Shown here one piece after another: positions 17,456-28,213 of a stretch of 60,575 bases of DNA; positions within the stretch are counted from its first letter, which is position 1; each line of letters opens with the position of its first letter. A program made the translations under genes and the position numbers. The notes beneath the pieces are model-generated. The model searched no databases. It saw nothing but the letters and a program-made list of their open reading frames with translations, and was not told the origin of the DNA. The stretch is taken from assembly GCA_038247515.1 (NCBI GenBank), contig JBBRUU010000001.1:1-60575 (forward strand). The letters are read 5' to 3'. The stretch is from Sphingomonadales bacterium. Its GTDB lineage: Bacteria > Pseudomonadota > Alphaproteobacteria > Sphingomonadales > Sphingomonadaceae.

Positions 17456-19609
17456 TCACGCCGCGCCCGATTTGCCTGAGCCCTCGGAATTCGCGCCGTA
17501 CCCGTAGCCGTAGCCGTAGCCATAGCCGTAACCATAGCCGCTGTTGTTGGGCCCCAGCTTGGTGACGATCGCGCCATAGACCCGCGCGCCGGTGCGGGTG
17601 AGGCGGTTGATGGCGTTCTCGATCGCACGGATCTTGATACGATCGGATTCGATCACATAGACAACTCCGTCAACCGTGCGGGCCAGCTCGACCGCATCGG
17701 CCAGCGAGAGCATCGGCGCGCTGTCGATCAGGACGATATCGTAGGTTGCGCGCGCCTCGTTAAGGATCTCGCGGAAGCGGCCGCTGGCGAGCAGTTCGAC
17801 GGGGTTGGGCGGCGTGTGGCCGTGGGGCAGCAGGTCGAATCCGAAAGTCTCGACTGTGCTCACCTGTTCTGCGAGGGTTGCGGTGTTGCCGGTCAACAAC
17901 GAAACCAGATTCCCCCGGTCCGCAAGCCCTTGGCCCAGCATGTCCTGCAGGCGCGAATTGCGCAGATCGGCATCGATCAGCAGCACCTTCTTGCCGAGCT
18001 GCACAAAGCTGGTCGCCAGCGCGACACAGGAGATGCTCTTGCCTTCCGAGGGGACGGAAGAGGCGAGCATCAGCACTTGCGGAGCGCCATGGGGCGTGAG
18101 GAAGGTAAGGTTGGTCCTGACCGACTTGTAGGCCTCGCTGATTTCCGATGCCCGCGTCAGGACCTCGGCGCGCATGTCCCCGGCGGTGGAAGTGGGGATG
18201 AGGCCAAGCACGGGCAGGCCGAGCTTGCGCGTCACATCCTGCGGATCCTTGACCGTCTGGCTGAGCATGACCCGCAGATAAACAAGGCCCACCGCCAGCA
18301 CGAGCCCGGCGCCAAGCGCGATCAGCATGTTTTGCCACAGCTTCGGGGAATAGGGCGATCCAGGCACGTCAGCGCGGTCGATCAACCCGATGTTGTTCTG
18401 GCCCGCACCCGATGCCTCGAGCTCCTTGAAACGCTGGAGCAGCGCATCATAGAGCTGCCGGTTGGTGTCGACTTCGCGCTTGAGGATTCCATACTGGATG
18501 GTCAGATCCTGCTGTCCGAGGAAGCGCCCCTTGGCGTCGGCGAGCTGGCTGCGCAGCTTGCTTTCCCGGATCGATGCCGAGCGCAAGGCGGCGCGCGAAT
18601 CCGTCCCGAGCGACGCTTTCAGCGAGGCGACCTCGGCTTCCTTTTCCAGCAGCGGCGGGAATTTCGGACCGAAGTTTGCGCGCAGGCTGGCGACTTCGGC
18701 TTCCTTCTTCGCAAGGTCGGTCTTCAAGCTGCTGCGCGGATCCTGCGCGGGGACATCCCCGGATGCCGCCGCCGCTTCGGCGGTAATGCGATCGGTCACG
18801 GCGGCGGCGAGCGCATCGTTGAGCGCGGTCAGATCGGACGCGATGAGGGTCTGCGTCGCAGTCTCGGACCCGTTATTTTCACCACCGGATTCCAGCACTA
18901 GAATGCCGTTGCTGTTGGCGTAGCCGACCAGTTCCTTTTCCGAAGTCGCTAGCCGCTCGCGCAGCTCGGCAATCTGCTTGCTGAGGAAGTCGCGCGCTTC
19001 GATGTTCGCCCCGAAGCGCTTCTCGTAGTTGGCTTTGATGAATTCATCGGCCCACAGATTGGCGACCTTCGCAGAGACCTCGGGCAAGGAGCTGGAATAG
19101 CCGATGTCGACGAGGCTCGACTGCTCGATCGGAGTGATCGTGATCCCCGCCAGCAGCGCGTTCTGCATGTCGGCTTCGGTAAGACCCTGGGACTGGTCGA
19201 GGCCCACCGCGTCAATGAAGGCCTCGTCCCGCAACAGATTGCCCGCATCCGCGACCCGTGCCGCCATAAACCTCGAGGCAAGCAGTTCGTACTGCGTGTT
19301 GAGATATTGCAGCGTCGAGGCGCGCGAATCGTTCTTCATCGTGTCGATCGCGGTAACGTTGATCGTGACCTGCGACACTTCGATGCGCGCATTGGCACGG
19401 TAGAGCGATGTCGAAAGCAGCGTGACGACGAGGCCCGCCAGCAACGCTAGGGCGACAATCCCCAGCAGCCAGTACCGCACGGCACGCGCCTCAAGCCAAT
19501 AGCGTTCAAGGTCCAGATGGAACCCGCGCTCGTCATCCGGGCTGGTTGCCTCTTGGCTCGCGTTGATGGACGCGGTGCGCAGGACAGTGTTGTCAGGGTT
19601 CATGTTCAT
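17456..19609 (-). CDS. wzc: Polysaccharide co-polymerase/tyrosine autokinase
   Basis: Two TMs, coiled-coil periplasmic region, SVPSEGKS, IDADLR, VLIDSAP, C-terminal (GY)7 cluster. Confidence 0.92.
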   Translation of the reverse strand: MNMNPDNTVLRTASINASQEATSPDDERGFHLDLERYWLEARAVRYWLLGIVALALLAGLVVTLLSTSLYRANARIEVSQVTINVTAIDTMKNDSRASTLQYLNTQYELLASRFMAARVADAGNLLRDEAFIDAVGLDQSQGLTEADMQNALLAGITITPIEQSSLVDIGYSSSLPEVSAKVANLWADEFIKANYEKRFGANIEARDFLSKQIAELRERLATSEKELVGYANSNGILVLESGGENNGSETATQTLIASDLTALNDALAAAVTDRITAEAAAASGDVPAQDPRSSLKTDLAKKEAEVASLRANFGPKFPPLLEKEAEVASLKASLGTDSRAALRSASIRESKLRSQLADAKGRFLGQQDLTIQYGILKREVDTNRQLYDALLQRFKELEASGAGQNNIGLIDRADVPGSPYSPKLWQNMLIALGAGLVLAVGLVYLRVMLSQTVKDPQDVTRKLGLPVLGLIPTSTAGDMRAEVLTRASEISEAYKSVRTNLTFLTPHGAPQVLMLASSVPSEGKSISCVALATSFVQLGKKVLLIDADLRNSRLQDMLGQGLADRGNLVSLLTGNTATLAEQVSTVETFGFDLLPHGHTPPNPVELLASGRFREILNEARATYDIVLIDSAPMLSLADAVELARTVDGVVYVIESDRIKIRAIENAINRLTRTGARVYGAIVTKLGPNNSGYGYGYGYGYGYGYGANSEGSGKSGAA

Positions 19610-20313
19610 CGCTGCTGGGAAATCAGGATCGCGGCGGTGGTGACGATCGGCGGGAGGATTTGGAGCAGGACCTCCAGCCGCCGCCGTTCGGGTGAATCGC
19701 CGACCATGACGATGTCATTGGGGAAGAGCTGCGGATCGGGGTAATTGCCGCGCTGGATCGCCCCGAGATTGTAGACGCCGATATAGCGCTGGTTGGCCAC
19801 GGTTCGCATGATCAGCACATCGTCCAGTCTGGCATATTGGGTGAGCCCCTCGGCCTGGTTGACCAGCCGCAGGAGCGTCGGCTGCCCCGCGGCAGGATAG
19901 TTGCCCGGCTTCCTCACCTGACCCCCGACCGAGATCGAGGGAACGGGAAAGTCCTTGGGGATCACTCTTACCTGCGGGTCGCGCAAATAGGCACCGCGCA
20001 ATCCGTCGGCGATAATTCGTCCCGCCTCTGTAGGCGGCTTGCCTGCGGTGTCGACCGTCCCGATCAGCGGGAAGGCGAGCCGCCCATCGATATCGGTGAT
20101 AAAGGTTCCGCTCAGCGTCGGAGCGCCGACCACCTCGATCTGCAAGGTCTCCTGCGGGCCGATCAGATAGAAGTTTGCGCCGCGCGGCGCGGGCATTTCC
20201 TCGAGCGCGGACAGCTCAATGCCGGGATCGAGCCCGACGGATCGGTCCGTGGCGCACGAAGATGCCAGGCCGGCGACCGCGAGAATGGCGATATGTCGCA
20301 GATTACAAACCAT
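19606..20313 (-). CDS. wza: Polysaccharide export lipoprotein
   Basis: Lipobox-like LASSC, FPLIG, YLRDPQV, GQVRKPG, DP-x-L-x-P-x-DIVMVG. Confidence 0.85.
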   Translation of the reverse strand: MVCNLRHIAILAVAGLASSCATDRSVGLDPGIELSALEEMPAPRGANFYLIGPQETLQIEVVGAPTLSGTFITDIDGRLAFPLIGTVDTAGKPPTEAGRIIADGLRGAYLRDPQVRVIPKDFPVPSISVGGQVRKPGNYPAAGQPTLLRLVNQAEGLTQYARLDDVLIMRTVANQRYIGVYNLGAIQRGNYPDPQLFPNDIVMVGDSPERRRLEVLLQILPPIVTTAAILISQQR

Positions 20314-20340
20314 ATTGCCCCTTTTGTCCCCGCCCGCTTC

Positions 20341-21792
20341 TTAGTGGATTCTCGCCCGCTGCCAACCCATTTCACCGTTTGGATCAGCGCCATTCCGGAC
20401 ATTACCGGCCTTGGCATCGCGCGCGAGGCTCAGCAGCAGCCACACTAAGACCGATTGGAAGATCGATGTGCGCAGCGGATAATCGACCGCAGAGGCGGCC
20501 ATGATGATGATCAGCAAGGTAACCCAGAAGATCACCAATGCTCGCGAATGCCGCTTGTCGCGCGCGATCCGCAGGATCGTGGCACCCAGCCACCCGATCA
20601 GGCCAAGCACGCAGGCGGCAGCAGGCAGCCCGCCTTCAATCGCCAGCTGCGCCCAGTCATTGTGTGCCTGGTTGACGTAGAGCGGCAGCAGCAGCGCGGT
20701 CGGCTCGTAGATGCGGTAAACCGTATCGAATGCGCCGAACCCGGTGCCGGCCAGCCAGTGGTCGCGCATCATCGCGCCCAGCACCGGCAACAAGGACCAG
20801 CGCAGATCGTCGATGGTGGCGCTGCTCGCCATCAGGTCGGCGGCGGCCGGCGCGCGGCCGAGCAGGATGAATGCAGCTGCCACGAGGCAGGCCGCCACGC
20901 CGCCTACCCCCGCCAGAGCAAGACGACGGCGCCGCTGCGGCCCTTGCGAGGCGCCTGCGGAGACCGGCGAGGCCGGTTCGCGCGCGCGCATCTCCGTCCA
21001 CATCATCAGCCCGCCCGCCCCAACCGCAAGCGCCGCAGCGCCAAGACCCGCGCGCGAACCGCTGATCAGGACCGCCAGCAGGATCAGGACATAGAGCGGC
21101 GCCAGCGCCAGCCGCGCCCACGTCGGCAGGCCGCCGAACCGGTCGCCGCCCGCCAGTCTGGCGATGATGAGCAGCACAATTCCAGCAAAGACCGCCGCGT
21201 GGTTCTCATTGGCGAAGATGCCCGCCGGAGCGCCGCGGTTCGTCAGCGCGAACAGATAGAAAGGGCTCCGAAGCCCGCCGACGACCTGCAGGATACCGAA
21301 CACCGCGTTGACCGCGCCCATGGCGGTGACGGCGAGGAGGACGGCCTGCGTCTGCAACCGCGCGCCAAGCATCAGCAGCATGGCGGCGACAGGGACGATC
21401 AACGCCAGCAAGGCATTGAGCCCGCGGAAAGGCGCAAGCGAGATCGGCCGCCAGATCCCGTCGATTCCCGCAAGCCGGTCAAGCCCGGCCACGATATCCC
21501 GGCCCGGCAAGGCCTGCCACACCGAAGGAGGCAGGGGCACGAGCTGGACGATCATCCAGACCAGCATCATGCCGCTCAGCACAAGCAGCGCCCTGGCCGT
21601 TGCCAGATCGGCGGCGCGCAGATGGTACAGGGCCGGGATCAGCAGCAAGGCGGCGATCGGACGCAGGACGGCATTTTGCAGCGGATCGGGCCGTGAACTT
21701 CCGCCCAGCAGCGCCACAATCACCACGAACAGCGCAAACCACAGCCATGGCTTGCCTCGGGCAATTGCATCGGCCCGCGCAATCCGCGTCAT
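20341..21792 (-). CDS. O-antigen ligase (WaaL/Wzy_C) family protein
   Basis: ATG 21792; GIFANENH, SGSRAG, GTGFGAF, AHNDWAQLAIEGG, VDYPLR. Confidence 0.85.
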   Translation of the reverse strand: MTRIARADAIARGKPWLWFALFVVIVALLGGSSRPDPLQNAVLRPIAALLLIPALYHLRAADLATARALLVLSGMMLVWMIVQLVPLPPSVWQALPGRDIVAGLDRLAGIDGIWRPISLAPFRGLNALLALIVPVAAMLLMLGARLQTQAVLLAVTAMGAVNAVFGILQVVGGLRSPFYLFALTNRGAPAGIFANENHAAVFAGIVLLIIARLAGGDRFGGLPTWARLALAPLYVLILLAVLISGSRAGLGAAALAVGAGGLMMWTEMRAREPASPVSAGASQGPQRRRRLALAGVGGVAACLVAAAFILLGRAPAAADLMASSATIDDLRWSLLPVLGAMMRDHWLAGTGFGAFDTVYRIYEPTALLLPLYVNQAHNDWAQLAIEGGLPAAACVLGLIGWLGATILRIARDKRHSRALVIFWVTLLIIIMAASAVDYPLRTSIFQSVLVWLLLSLARDAKAGNVRNGADPNGEMGWQRARIH

Positions 21793-22871
21793 TCGAGCAT
21801 CCCTTCCTTGAGGATATCGCCCGGAGGCGCCCCGAAGATCCACGTCTGGTAGGGTAGATAGCATTGATCAAACAGCGTGGAGGCCTGCGTCCAGCCGACG
21901 AACATGATCAGCAGCCCCGCATAGGGCATCGCCACATGCAACCATTTGCGCTCGCCGAACGCGAAGAAAGGCAGCCGCGCGAAGATCATCGCCTGGATGG
22001 GAATGAGGAAATAGGCATAACGGTCGGCAATCACGCTCGATATTGCGAGCAGCAGCATGGCAAAGGCCATCCCCGCAGAGCCCAGGCTGACGAGGCTGTA
22101 ATCCGCCTCATACTTGCGCGCCCACTTGCCGCGCAAAAAATAGTGGAAATAGAGCCCCGTCAGCAGCATCGCCCCGACCCGGAAAATCGCGCCGAACGCA
22201 TCGACGCCGGCGCCGATGTAGCGCGTGGCGGCGAGGCCACCGCTATAACCGCCGGCGAGGAACAGCAGGCCAGGAATGGCAAGCACCCCGGTCGCGACCA
22301 ACCGCCTCGGGCTGTACACGCCGGCCGCCAGCGGCACGAGAGCCATGAACACCAGCGCGCTGGTGTGGAACCCGCCGGCCAGCAGCACCAACAGCGCATA
22401 GCGGGCCGGACGCCGATCGATGAACGCGGCGAATGCCACACACATCACGCCGATCGCCGCCCCCTGCCTGATGCCCGACATCGGCATGTTGATGATGAGA
22501 ATGGGAAACAGCAGGATCAGGAAGGCCAGCGGATCAGGCTGCCTGCGCGCCAGGACATGCACGCCGCCGAAAAAGATCGCGCCCGAAATCACGTTAAGGA
22601 CCGGGTAGTACAGGCCGAGATCCTTGACCGCCTTGAGGATGATCCACCAGATCGGTTCATTCAGTTCGGCGATGAGATCACGTGCCACAAGGTCTGCGGC
22701 ATCGTACTGGGCATAGTAGCCAGACCAATCACAGCCGACCTGGAAGCGGAACGCCGAAAACATGAACAGCGCCGCGAGCACGGGGAAATAGAGCTGGCGG
22801 CGCAGCTTGCGCGCGCCGAGCGTGGTGTAGCTCAGCGCGAACAGGAACAGCGCGGCGAGAACGTAGATCAC
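21789..22871 (-). CDS. EpsG-family polysaccharide polymerase
   Basis: GTG 22871 overlapping upstream stop; FRFQVGCDW, EP, IRQGAA, FHTSA; multi-TM. Confidence 0.85.
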   Translation of the reverse strand: MIYVLAALFLFALSYTTLGARKLRRQLYFPVLAALFMFSAFRFQVGCDWSGYYAQYDAADLVARDLIAELNEPIWWIILKAVKDLGLYYPVLNVISGAIFFGGVHVLARRQPDPLAFLILLFPILIINMPMSGIRQGAAIGVMCVAFAAFIDRRPARYALLVLLAGGFHTSALVFMALVPLAAGVYSPRRLVATGVLAIPGLLFLAGGYSGGLAATRYIGAGVDAFGAIFRVGAMLLTGLYFHYFLRGKWARKYEADYSLVSLGSAGMAFAMLLLAISSVIADRYAYFLIPIQAMIFARLPFFAFGERKWLHVAMPYAGLLIMFVGWTQASTLFDQCYLPYQTWIFGAPPGDILKEGMLE

Positions 22872-23947
22872 TGGTGCGCTCTCCCTTGCGCCGCGCCGAG
22901 CAGCATGTCGGCCACGCGCGGTGCCCATACTCCGAGCGCATAGTGCTCCTCAACCTTCCGGCGGCCCGCTGCCCCCATCCGTTGGCGCAGGGCCGGATTA
23001 TTCAGCAAGGCCGTGATCGCGTCGTGCCACTCGCCCTCGTTGTCGGCGAGGAAGCCGTTGACGCCGTGCTCGACGATGCCGGCATTGACCCCGACCGGCG
23101 AAGCCACGACGGGAAGGCCGCAGGCCATGTATTGGAGCAGCTTGTATCCGCACTTGCCCCGCGCCCACGGGGTATCGCCCAGCGGCATGATGCCGATGCT
23201 CATCGCCTGAATGCGGGAAACTTCGGACTCCTCGCTCCAAGGCTCACTGTCGAGCAGGGGATGCGCGGTGGCCGCTTTGCCGGCACCGACCGCAAGGATG
23301 CGCGCGCCTGCTTGCGCCGCCGAACGGGTCAGCAGCGGCATCAGCGGCTCGGCATAGGCGCCCCATGTGCTCGGCGTGCCGATCCAGCCGATCCGGGCGG
23401 GCTCTCCGGGTGCGGGCGCGGGCGCCACCCGATACGCGTCGAGATCGACGACGGTGGGCACGACCTCGACCCGCGCCGCGCCCGCCGCCCGCGCGCGCGC
23501 GGCGAGATATGGGTTGCCCGCGGTCACTAGCACGGCGCTCGCCATCAGCCGGTCGATCTTGTCTCCGAGTACACGCCGCACAGCGCCTGAGCGGTGCAGA
23601 TCGTAATTGTGGAAGACCGCATCGTCGAAGTCGACGACCAGCGGAACCCCGCGTGGCAGCAGCCGCTTCTCGAGCGCCCAAGGGAGCCACGGCAGCGCCT
23701 CTTTTTCGAGCCACAGCACATCGTAGCCCTCGGCGCGCGCCAACTGGCGCACCCGGCGCGCATAGGCGCCAAGCGCGGGAAGCGAGGTCGACTGCCCGGC
23801 ATAAAGCCGCGCCAGATACTCGCCATCAAAGAAGGGATCGAACGTCGTCTCGAACCCCGCCTGCGCCAGCGCCGGGGCATATTGCATATGCCGCAGCCGG
23901 CTCGACGCGCCCAAGGCGTCATAGCGGGTGACCATCAGCGCCTTCAT
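22868..23947 (-). CDS. Glycosyltransferase family 4
   Basis: GASSRLR, VDFDDA, IGWIG, GKCGYKLLQYMACGLPVVAS. Confidence 0.9.
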   Translation of the reverse strand: MKALMVTRYDALGASSRLRHMQYAPALAQAGFETTFDPFFDGEYLARLYAGQSTSLPALGAYARRVRQLARAEGYDVLWLEKEALPWLPWALEKRLLPRGVPLVVDFDDAVFHNYDLHRSGAVRRVLGDKIDRLMASAVLVTAGNPYLAARARAAGAARVEVVPTVVDLDAYRVAPAPAPGEPARIGWIGTPSTWGAYAEPLMPLLTRSAAQAGARILAVGAGKAATAHPLLDSEPWSEESEVSRIQAMSIGIMPLGDTPWARGKCGYKLLQYMACGLPVVASPVGVNAGIVEHGVNGFLADNEGEWHDAITALLNNPALRQRMGAAGRRKVEEHYALGVWAPRVADMLLGAAQGRAHQ

Positions 23948-25917
23948 GCGACGTTGCTCCGCCACGCCTGCCACATCAGGACGATCCACAAGCGATGCGT
24001 CCAGTCGCGGCGGCCGGAGAGATGCTCAGCCCATGCCGCGCGGACGGGGACCGGGTCGATGAGCCCGTCGCGCAGTAGCGCCTGTTCGGAAAGCAGGTCC
24101 TCCGCCCAGCCGCGCAAGGGACCCCGCAGCCAATCGCCGACCGGGATGCCGAAGCCCGCCTTCGGCCGCTCGATCAGCTCGCGCGGCACGTGGCGGTAGA
24201 GGATCTGGCGCAAGGCCCACTTGCCTTGGCCGTCGCGGATTTTCATCCCCATCGGCAGCCGCGCAGAGGCCGCGATCACGCCGGGATCAAGGAACGGCAC
24301 CCGCGTCTCGAGGCTCACCGCCATCGCCGCGCGGTCGACCTTGCACAGGATGTCGTCGGGCAGATAGGTGCGCATGTCCTGCACCATCATCCGCGCCGCG
24401 GCGTCCTCGGGAAGGCCGGTGGGCAGCGGATCGTCGAGCAGGGTCAGGCCCGGGTCAGTCAGTCCGCCGACCAGCGCTTCGCCCGGCCATTCCGAGACGA
24501 GGCTGCGATAGAGATTGTCGATATCGCGCACATCGCGCAGCCGTGCGGCGAGACGGTGCGCTTTATCGCCCGGGTGCTTCACCCGGCCACCGGCAAGCAC
24601 GCCGATGCCGTCCCATCCGGCCACCGGAACGGCCGCAATGGCTACGCCCAGCGCGCGGCGCAGCGGATGGGGCATCCAGTCGATCTTTTGCCAGATGCGC
24701 GGACCCCAGAAGTAGCGGTTGTAGCCGCCGAACAGCTCGTCCCCCGCATCGCCTGACAGCGCCACAGTCACCTCGGCGCGCGCCGCGCGGCACACGAGGT
24801 AAGTGGGGATCTGCGAGGAATCCGCGAAGGGCTCGTCATACATTGCGGGCAGCAAGGGGATCACCTCGCGCGCCTCGGTCTCGGTGACGGTGATCTCGGT
24901 ATGCTGCGTGCCCAGATGCCGGGCGACCGCTGCGGCATAGGGTGCCTCGTTGAAACCCGCGTTCTCGAACCCAACGGTGAAGCTGCGAACAGCTTTCGCG
25001 GTCTGCGCCTGCATCAGCGCGACGATCAGCGAGCTGTCGATCCCGCCCGACAGGAACGCTCCCAGCGGCACATCGGCGACCATCTGCCGCGCGACCGCGT
25101 TGCTCATTGCCGCCTCGACACCTGCCAGCGCCTCGGCCTCGCTAGCGAAGGGCGCCGCCGCGCCCTCCTCCAGTGCCTCGTTCAGTGACCAGTAGCGGCG
25201 CAGCGACAGCGTGCCGTGACGCTCGCCGGGGCGCAAGGGCGTGTGCGGCGCGCCCGCAGGCGGCGTGCCTTCGACAGTAAGGATGCACCCGGGCTCGAGC
25301 TTGTAGACACCGGGATGGATGCTGCGCGGCGCTGGCACATAGCCAAAACGCAGATATTGCGCGAGCCCCTTACGGCACACTTCATGAGGAAAATCAGGGT
25401 GCTGCCGCAAGGCCTTGAGTTCCGAGCCGAACACCAGCGCGCGCGCCGCCCAGCCCCAGTAAAGCGGCTTTTCCCCGATCCGGTCGCGGGCGAGCGAAAG
25501 CTTCCGCTCGCGCCGGTCCCACAGCGCCAGTGCGAACATGCCAGCGGCACGCCGCAGGCTCTCATCAAGGCCCCAATGCGCGATGGCCGCAAGCAGTGTT
25601 TCGGTGTCCGAATGCCCGCGCCATCGCGGCGCCGCTCCGGCCGCCTCGAGCGCGACGCGCAAGCCCTCGTGGTTGTAGATCTCGCCATTATAGGCGATCA
25701 CGAAGCGCCCGCAGTCCGAGTGCATCGGCTGCGCGCCGGCGGGACTCAGGTCGAGGATCGACAGCCGCCGGTGCCCCAGTGCGATCCCTTCATCGGCCCA
25801 CACGCCGTCAGCATCTGGCCCGCGATGCACCAGAGCGTCCGTCATGGTCTGAACCAGCGCCGCCAGCCCTCCGGCCTGCGCGCCGTCTGCAAGGAGTACG
25901 CCGGTCAACCCGCACAT
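23944..25917 (-). CDS. asnB: Glutamine-hydrolysing asparagine-synthase-type amidotransferase (polysaccharide amidation)
   Basis: N-terminal MCG (catalytic Cys2), HRGPD, GHRRLSILD, NGEIYN, FLSGGIDSS, GDAGDELFGGY, ETRVPFLD. Confidence 0.92.
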   Translation of the reverse strand: MCGLTGVLLADGAQAGGLAALVQTMTDALVHRGPDADGVWADEGIALGHRRLSILDLSPAGAQPMHSDCGRFVIAYNGEIYNHEGLRVALEAAGAAPRWRGHSDTETLLAAIAHWGLDESLRRAAGMFALALWDRRERKLSLARDRIGEKPLYWGWAARALVFGSELKALRQHPDFPHEVCRKGLAQYLRFGYVPAPRSIHPGVYKLEPGCILTVEGTPPAGAPHTPLRPGERHGTLSLRRYWSLNEALEEGAAAPFASEAEALAGVEAAMSNAVARQMVADVPLGAFLSGGIDSSLIVALMQAQTAKAVRSFTVGFENAGFNEAPYAAAVARHLGTQHTEITVTETEAREVIPLLPAMYDEPFADSSQIPTYLVCRAARAEVTVALSGDAGDELFGGYNRYFWGPRIWQKIDWMPHPLRRALGVAIAAVPVAGWDGIGVLAGGRVKHPGDKAHRLAARLRDVRDIDNLYRSLVSEWPGEALVGGLTDPGLTLLDDPLPTGLPEDAAARMMVQDMRTYLPDDILCKVDRAAMAVSLETRVPFLDPGVIAASARLPMGMKIRDGQGKWALRQILYRHVPRELIERPKAGFGIPVGDWLRGPLRGWAEDLLSEQALLRDGLIDPVPVRAAWAEHLSGRRDWTHRLWIVLMWQAWRSNVA

Positions 25918-27116
25918 GGACGTGTCCCTCCGGCAAGCTCACGGTAGATCGCGGCGTAGGCGGTGGTCCCCGCCTTCAGAGAAAACACCTCCTGCGCCGC
26001 CGCACGGCAACGCACGGCGATGTCGGGTTCGGCCAGCAGCGCCAGCAGCCCGCTCCACGCCTGTTCCATCGCCTCGGGCGCGGCACTTGTCGCAAGCACG
26101 CCGACGCGGTGCTTGCCAATGATCGCGGCGACATCGCCAACGCCGTCATTGGCGATCACCGGCATCCCGCAGCCGAGGATCTCGGCCATGCGCGTGGGCG
26201 AACTGCCGAGCTTGCTCAACCCGTCGGTGAAGAACATCACCGATGCAGTCTGGCGCTGGAGCGCGGTATGCACCGCCTCGGGCGCACAAGCGGCGATTGT
26301 CAGGCGCTCGCCCAACCTGCCGTGGGGATCGAGCGCCGCACGCACCGCCGCCGCATTGTCGAGTGTGGTCAGCTCGAAGCGTGCCTCAGAATCCCGCGCG
26401 GCGGCGACCTTGAGGAATGCGGCCAGCCAGTCGAGCCGGAACCAGCCGCTCAGAACCGTGCCGAGGCAGCCGATCACGCGGGTGGCTGGGCGCGCGTCTG
26501 CGGGCACGAACCGGTCGAGATCGGCGCAGGTGGGGATCACCGCGACCCGTTGCCCTGCCAGCGCCTCGGGATAAATCTGCTTGAGGTGATCGACCGCAGC
26601 ATGGGTCAAAGAAACCACCGCCTCCGCCCGCGCAAGACAGACGCGTTCGGCGGCGACGATGGCGCGGTGCAGCAGCGAACCCCGCGTCAGCCGTCCGGCC
26701 GTGATCAGCTCCTCGGGCCATAGCGCGCGCATATCGAAGATGAAGGGCGTGCCCGTGATCCGCGACACGATCAGCGCGACCGCTGCGGGAATATAGGAGC
26801 GCGCGTGGATCAGCCGCGCATTCTGCCCCTTCGCCTCGCGCCAAACAAGCCACACCATGCGCAACATCGACAGCGCCGGGGCGATCACCTTGGGGCTCGC
26901 CCGGAAGCGCTGCGGCAGCCAGCGGATGCCTAGCGCATCGCATTCGGTGCGCATTGCCGACATCCGCGCATCATCGGCCCGGTCCGCTTCCTTCTCGTAG
27001 GTAATGAGCGTGATCCGGTAATCGCGCGACAGCCCGCGCAGATAGGCCAGCACCTGGCTCTGCCCGAGCGGCTCGATCAGCCCGTTACGGGTCAGATAGA
27101 TCGTCGCGGCGCTCAC
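25905..27116 (-). CDS. Glycosyltransferase family 4
   Basis: EPLGQSQVL, IHARSY, FDMRALWPEE, SSPTRMAEILGCG. Confidence 0.88.
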   Translation of the reverse strand: MSAATIYLTRNGLIEPLGQSQVLAYLRGLSRDYRITLITYEKEADRADDARMSAMRTECDALGIRWLPQRFRASPKVIAPALSMLRMVWLVWREAKGQNARLIHARSYIPAAVALIVSRITGTPFIFDMRALWPEELITAGRLTRGSLLHRAIVAAERVCLARAEAVVSLTHAAVDHLKQIYPEALAGQRVAVIPTCADLDRFVPADARPATRVIGCLGTVLSGWFRLDWLAAFLKVAAARDSEARFELTTLDNAAAVRAALDPHGRLGERLTIAACAPEAVHTALQRQTASVMFFTDGLSKLGSSPTRMAEILGCGMPVIANDGVGDVAAIIGKHRVGVLATSAAPEAMEQAWSGLLALLAEPDIAVRCRAAAQEVFSLKAGTTAYAAIYRELAGGTRPCAG

Positions 27117-28213
27117 AGGCCCATCACCGCAAGATACTGGCGCGCAGCGATGTGGGGCGCAAAATCGCTGGCGCGGCGGACCAGCGCGTCCCGATCAACA
27201 GGGGCATCGAGCGCCGCGTCCATCGCCCCGGCGAGCGCTGCCGCATCGCCCACCGGCACCAGCCGTCCAAACCTCCCGCCTTCGAGGATTTCGGCAGGCC
27301 CCGCCGGGCAATCGGTAGAGACGACCGGTAGGCCGTGGGACAACGCTTCGACGATGACATTGCCGAAGCCCTCGTGATTAGAGGACAGCGCGAACAGGTC
27401 GGCGCTTGCGTAGAACGGAGCCGGGTCGCGCTGGAAGCCGGCAAAAATGACCCGCGCGGCAACTCCCAGCTCCTCTGCCAGCGCGCGCAAGGCGGCCTCC
27501 TCGGGGCCGTTGCCCAGCAGCATCAACCGCGCGTCCGGGCGCGGCAGAGCGGCGAAGGCGCGCAGCAGCAGGGCCTGATTTTTTTCCGGCTTCAGGTTCC
27601 CGACAGTGAGGACTCGCGGACCGTGAGTCCCCCACAAATTCTTTGCTGCGGTAATAGCGTCGGCCGATGGCGGGATTGCAGCCGGAATGGGATTGTAGAT
27701 CGTGGTGAAACTGCCGAGCGCGAGGCGCGATAGCGACGCCATGTCGGCACAGGCACCCCGCGACACTCCAACCCTTGCGGCGGCCATGCGGTAGGATGCA
27801 AAGGTAGATGCGCGCAAAATACGCCGTTGCGCCTTGCCCCGCGGTGCATATTGCTGCGACAGGATTGCATGCTCGCTGACAACAACCTTCCCGCGGAAAC
27901 CGGCGAGGCGAGCCGCGAAAGGGGCGATCACCGTCAGCGGCCATATCTCGGCGACAAGCACGTCGAGCTTGCTGCAGCGAAGATACGCGATCAGCGGTAA
28001 AAGCAACCGGCGCGCTCGGTCGCAGCCGAGATCGCGCACCGGGAAGGACGCCCGTGCCTCTTCCAGCAGCTCTCCCTCGGCCTGCATCAGCACGAATTCG
28101 GGCGCATGGCCGCTTTGCGCAAACTCACGGGCCAGCGTGAGGCTGAGCCGCTCGGCGCCGCCGCCCCCAAGGTTGGGAAGCAGGAATGCAATCCGCTTCA
28201 GATTGTCCACCAT
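27113..28213 (-). CDS. Glycosyltransferase family 4
   Basis: LGGGGAER, SEH, IYNP, KNQALLL, SNHEGFGNVIVEALSHGLPVVSTDCPAGPAE. Confidence 0.9.
   Translation of the reverse strand: MVDNLKRIAFLLPNLGGGGAERLSLTLAREFAQSGHAPEFVLMQAEGELLEEARASFPVRDLGCDRARRLLLPLIAYLRCSKLDVLVAEIWPLTVIAPFAARLAGFRGKVVVSEHAILSQQYAPRGKAQRRILRASTFASYRMAAARVGVSRGACADMASLSRLALGSFTTIYNPIPAAIPPSADAITAAKNLWGTHGPRVLTVGNLKPEKNQALLLRAFAALPRPDARLMLLGNGPEEAALRALAEELGVAARVIFAGFQRDPAPFYASADLFALSSNHEGFGNVIVEALSHGLPVVSTDCPAGPAEILEGGRFGRLVPVGDAAALAGAMDAALDAPVDRDALVRRASDFAPHIAARQYLAVMGL

Noticed and set aside
17496-17540. (CCGTAG)n microsatellite as a phase-variation tract
   Set aside because: It encodes the normal Wzc Gly-Tyr autophosphorylation cluster
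23944-25917. AsnB as the lasso cyclase
   Set aside because: It keeps the N-terminal Cys glutaminase domain and overlaps GT genes; 38123-39916 is the cyclase
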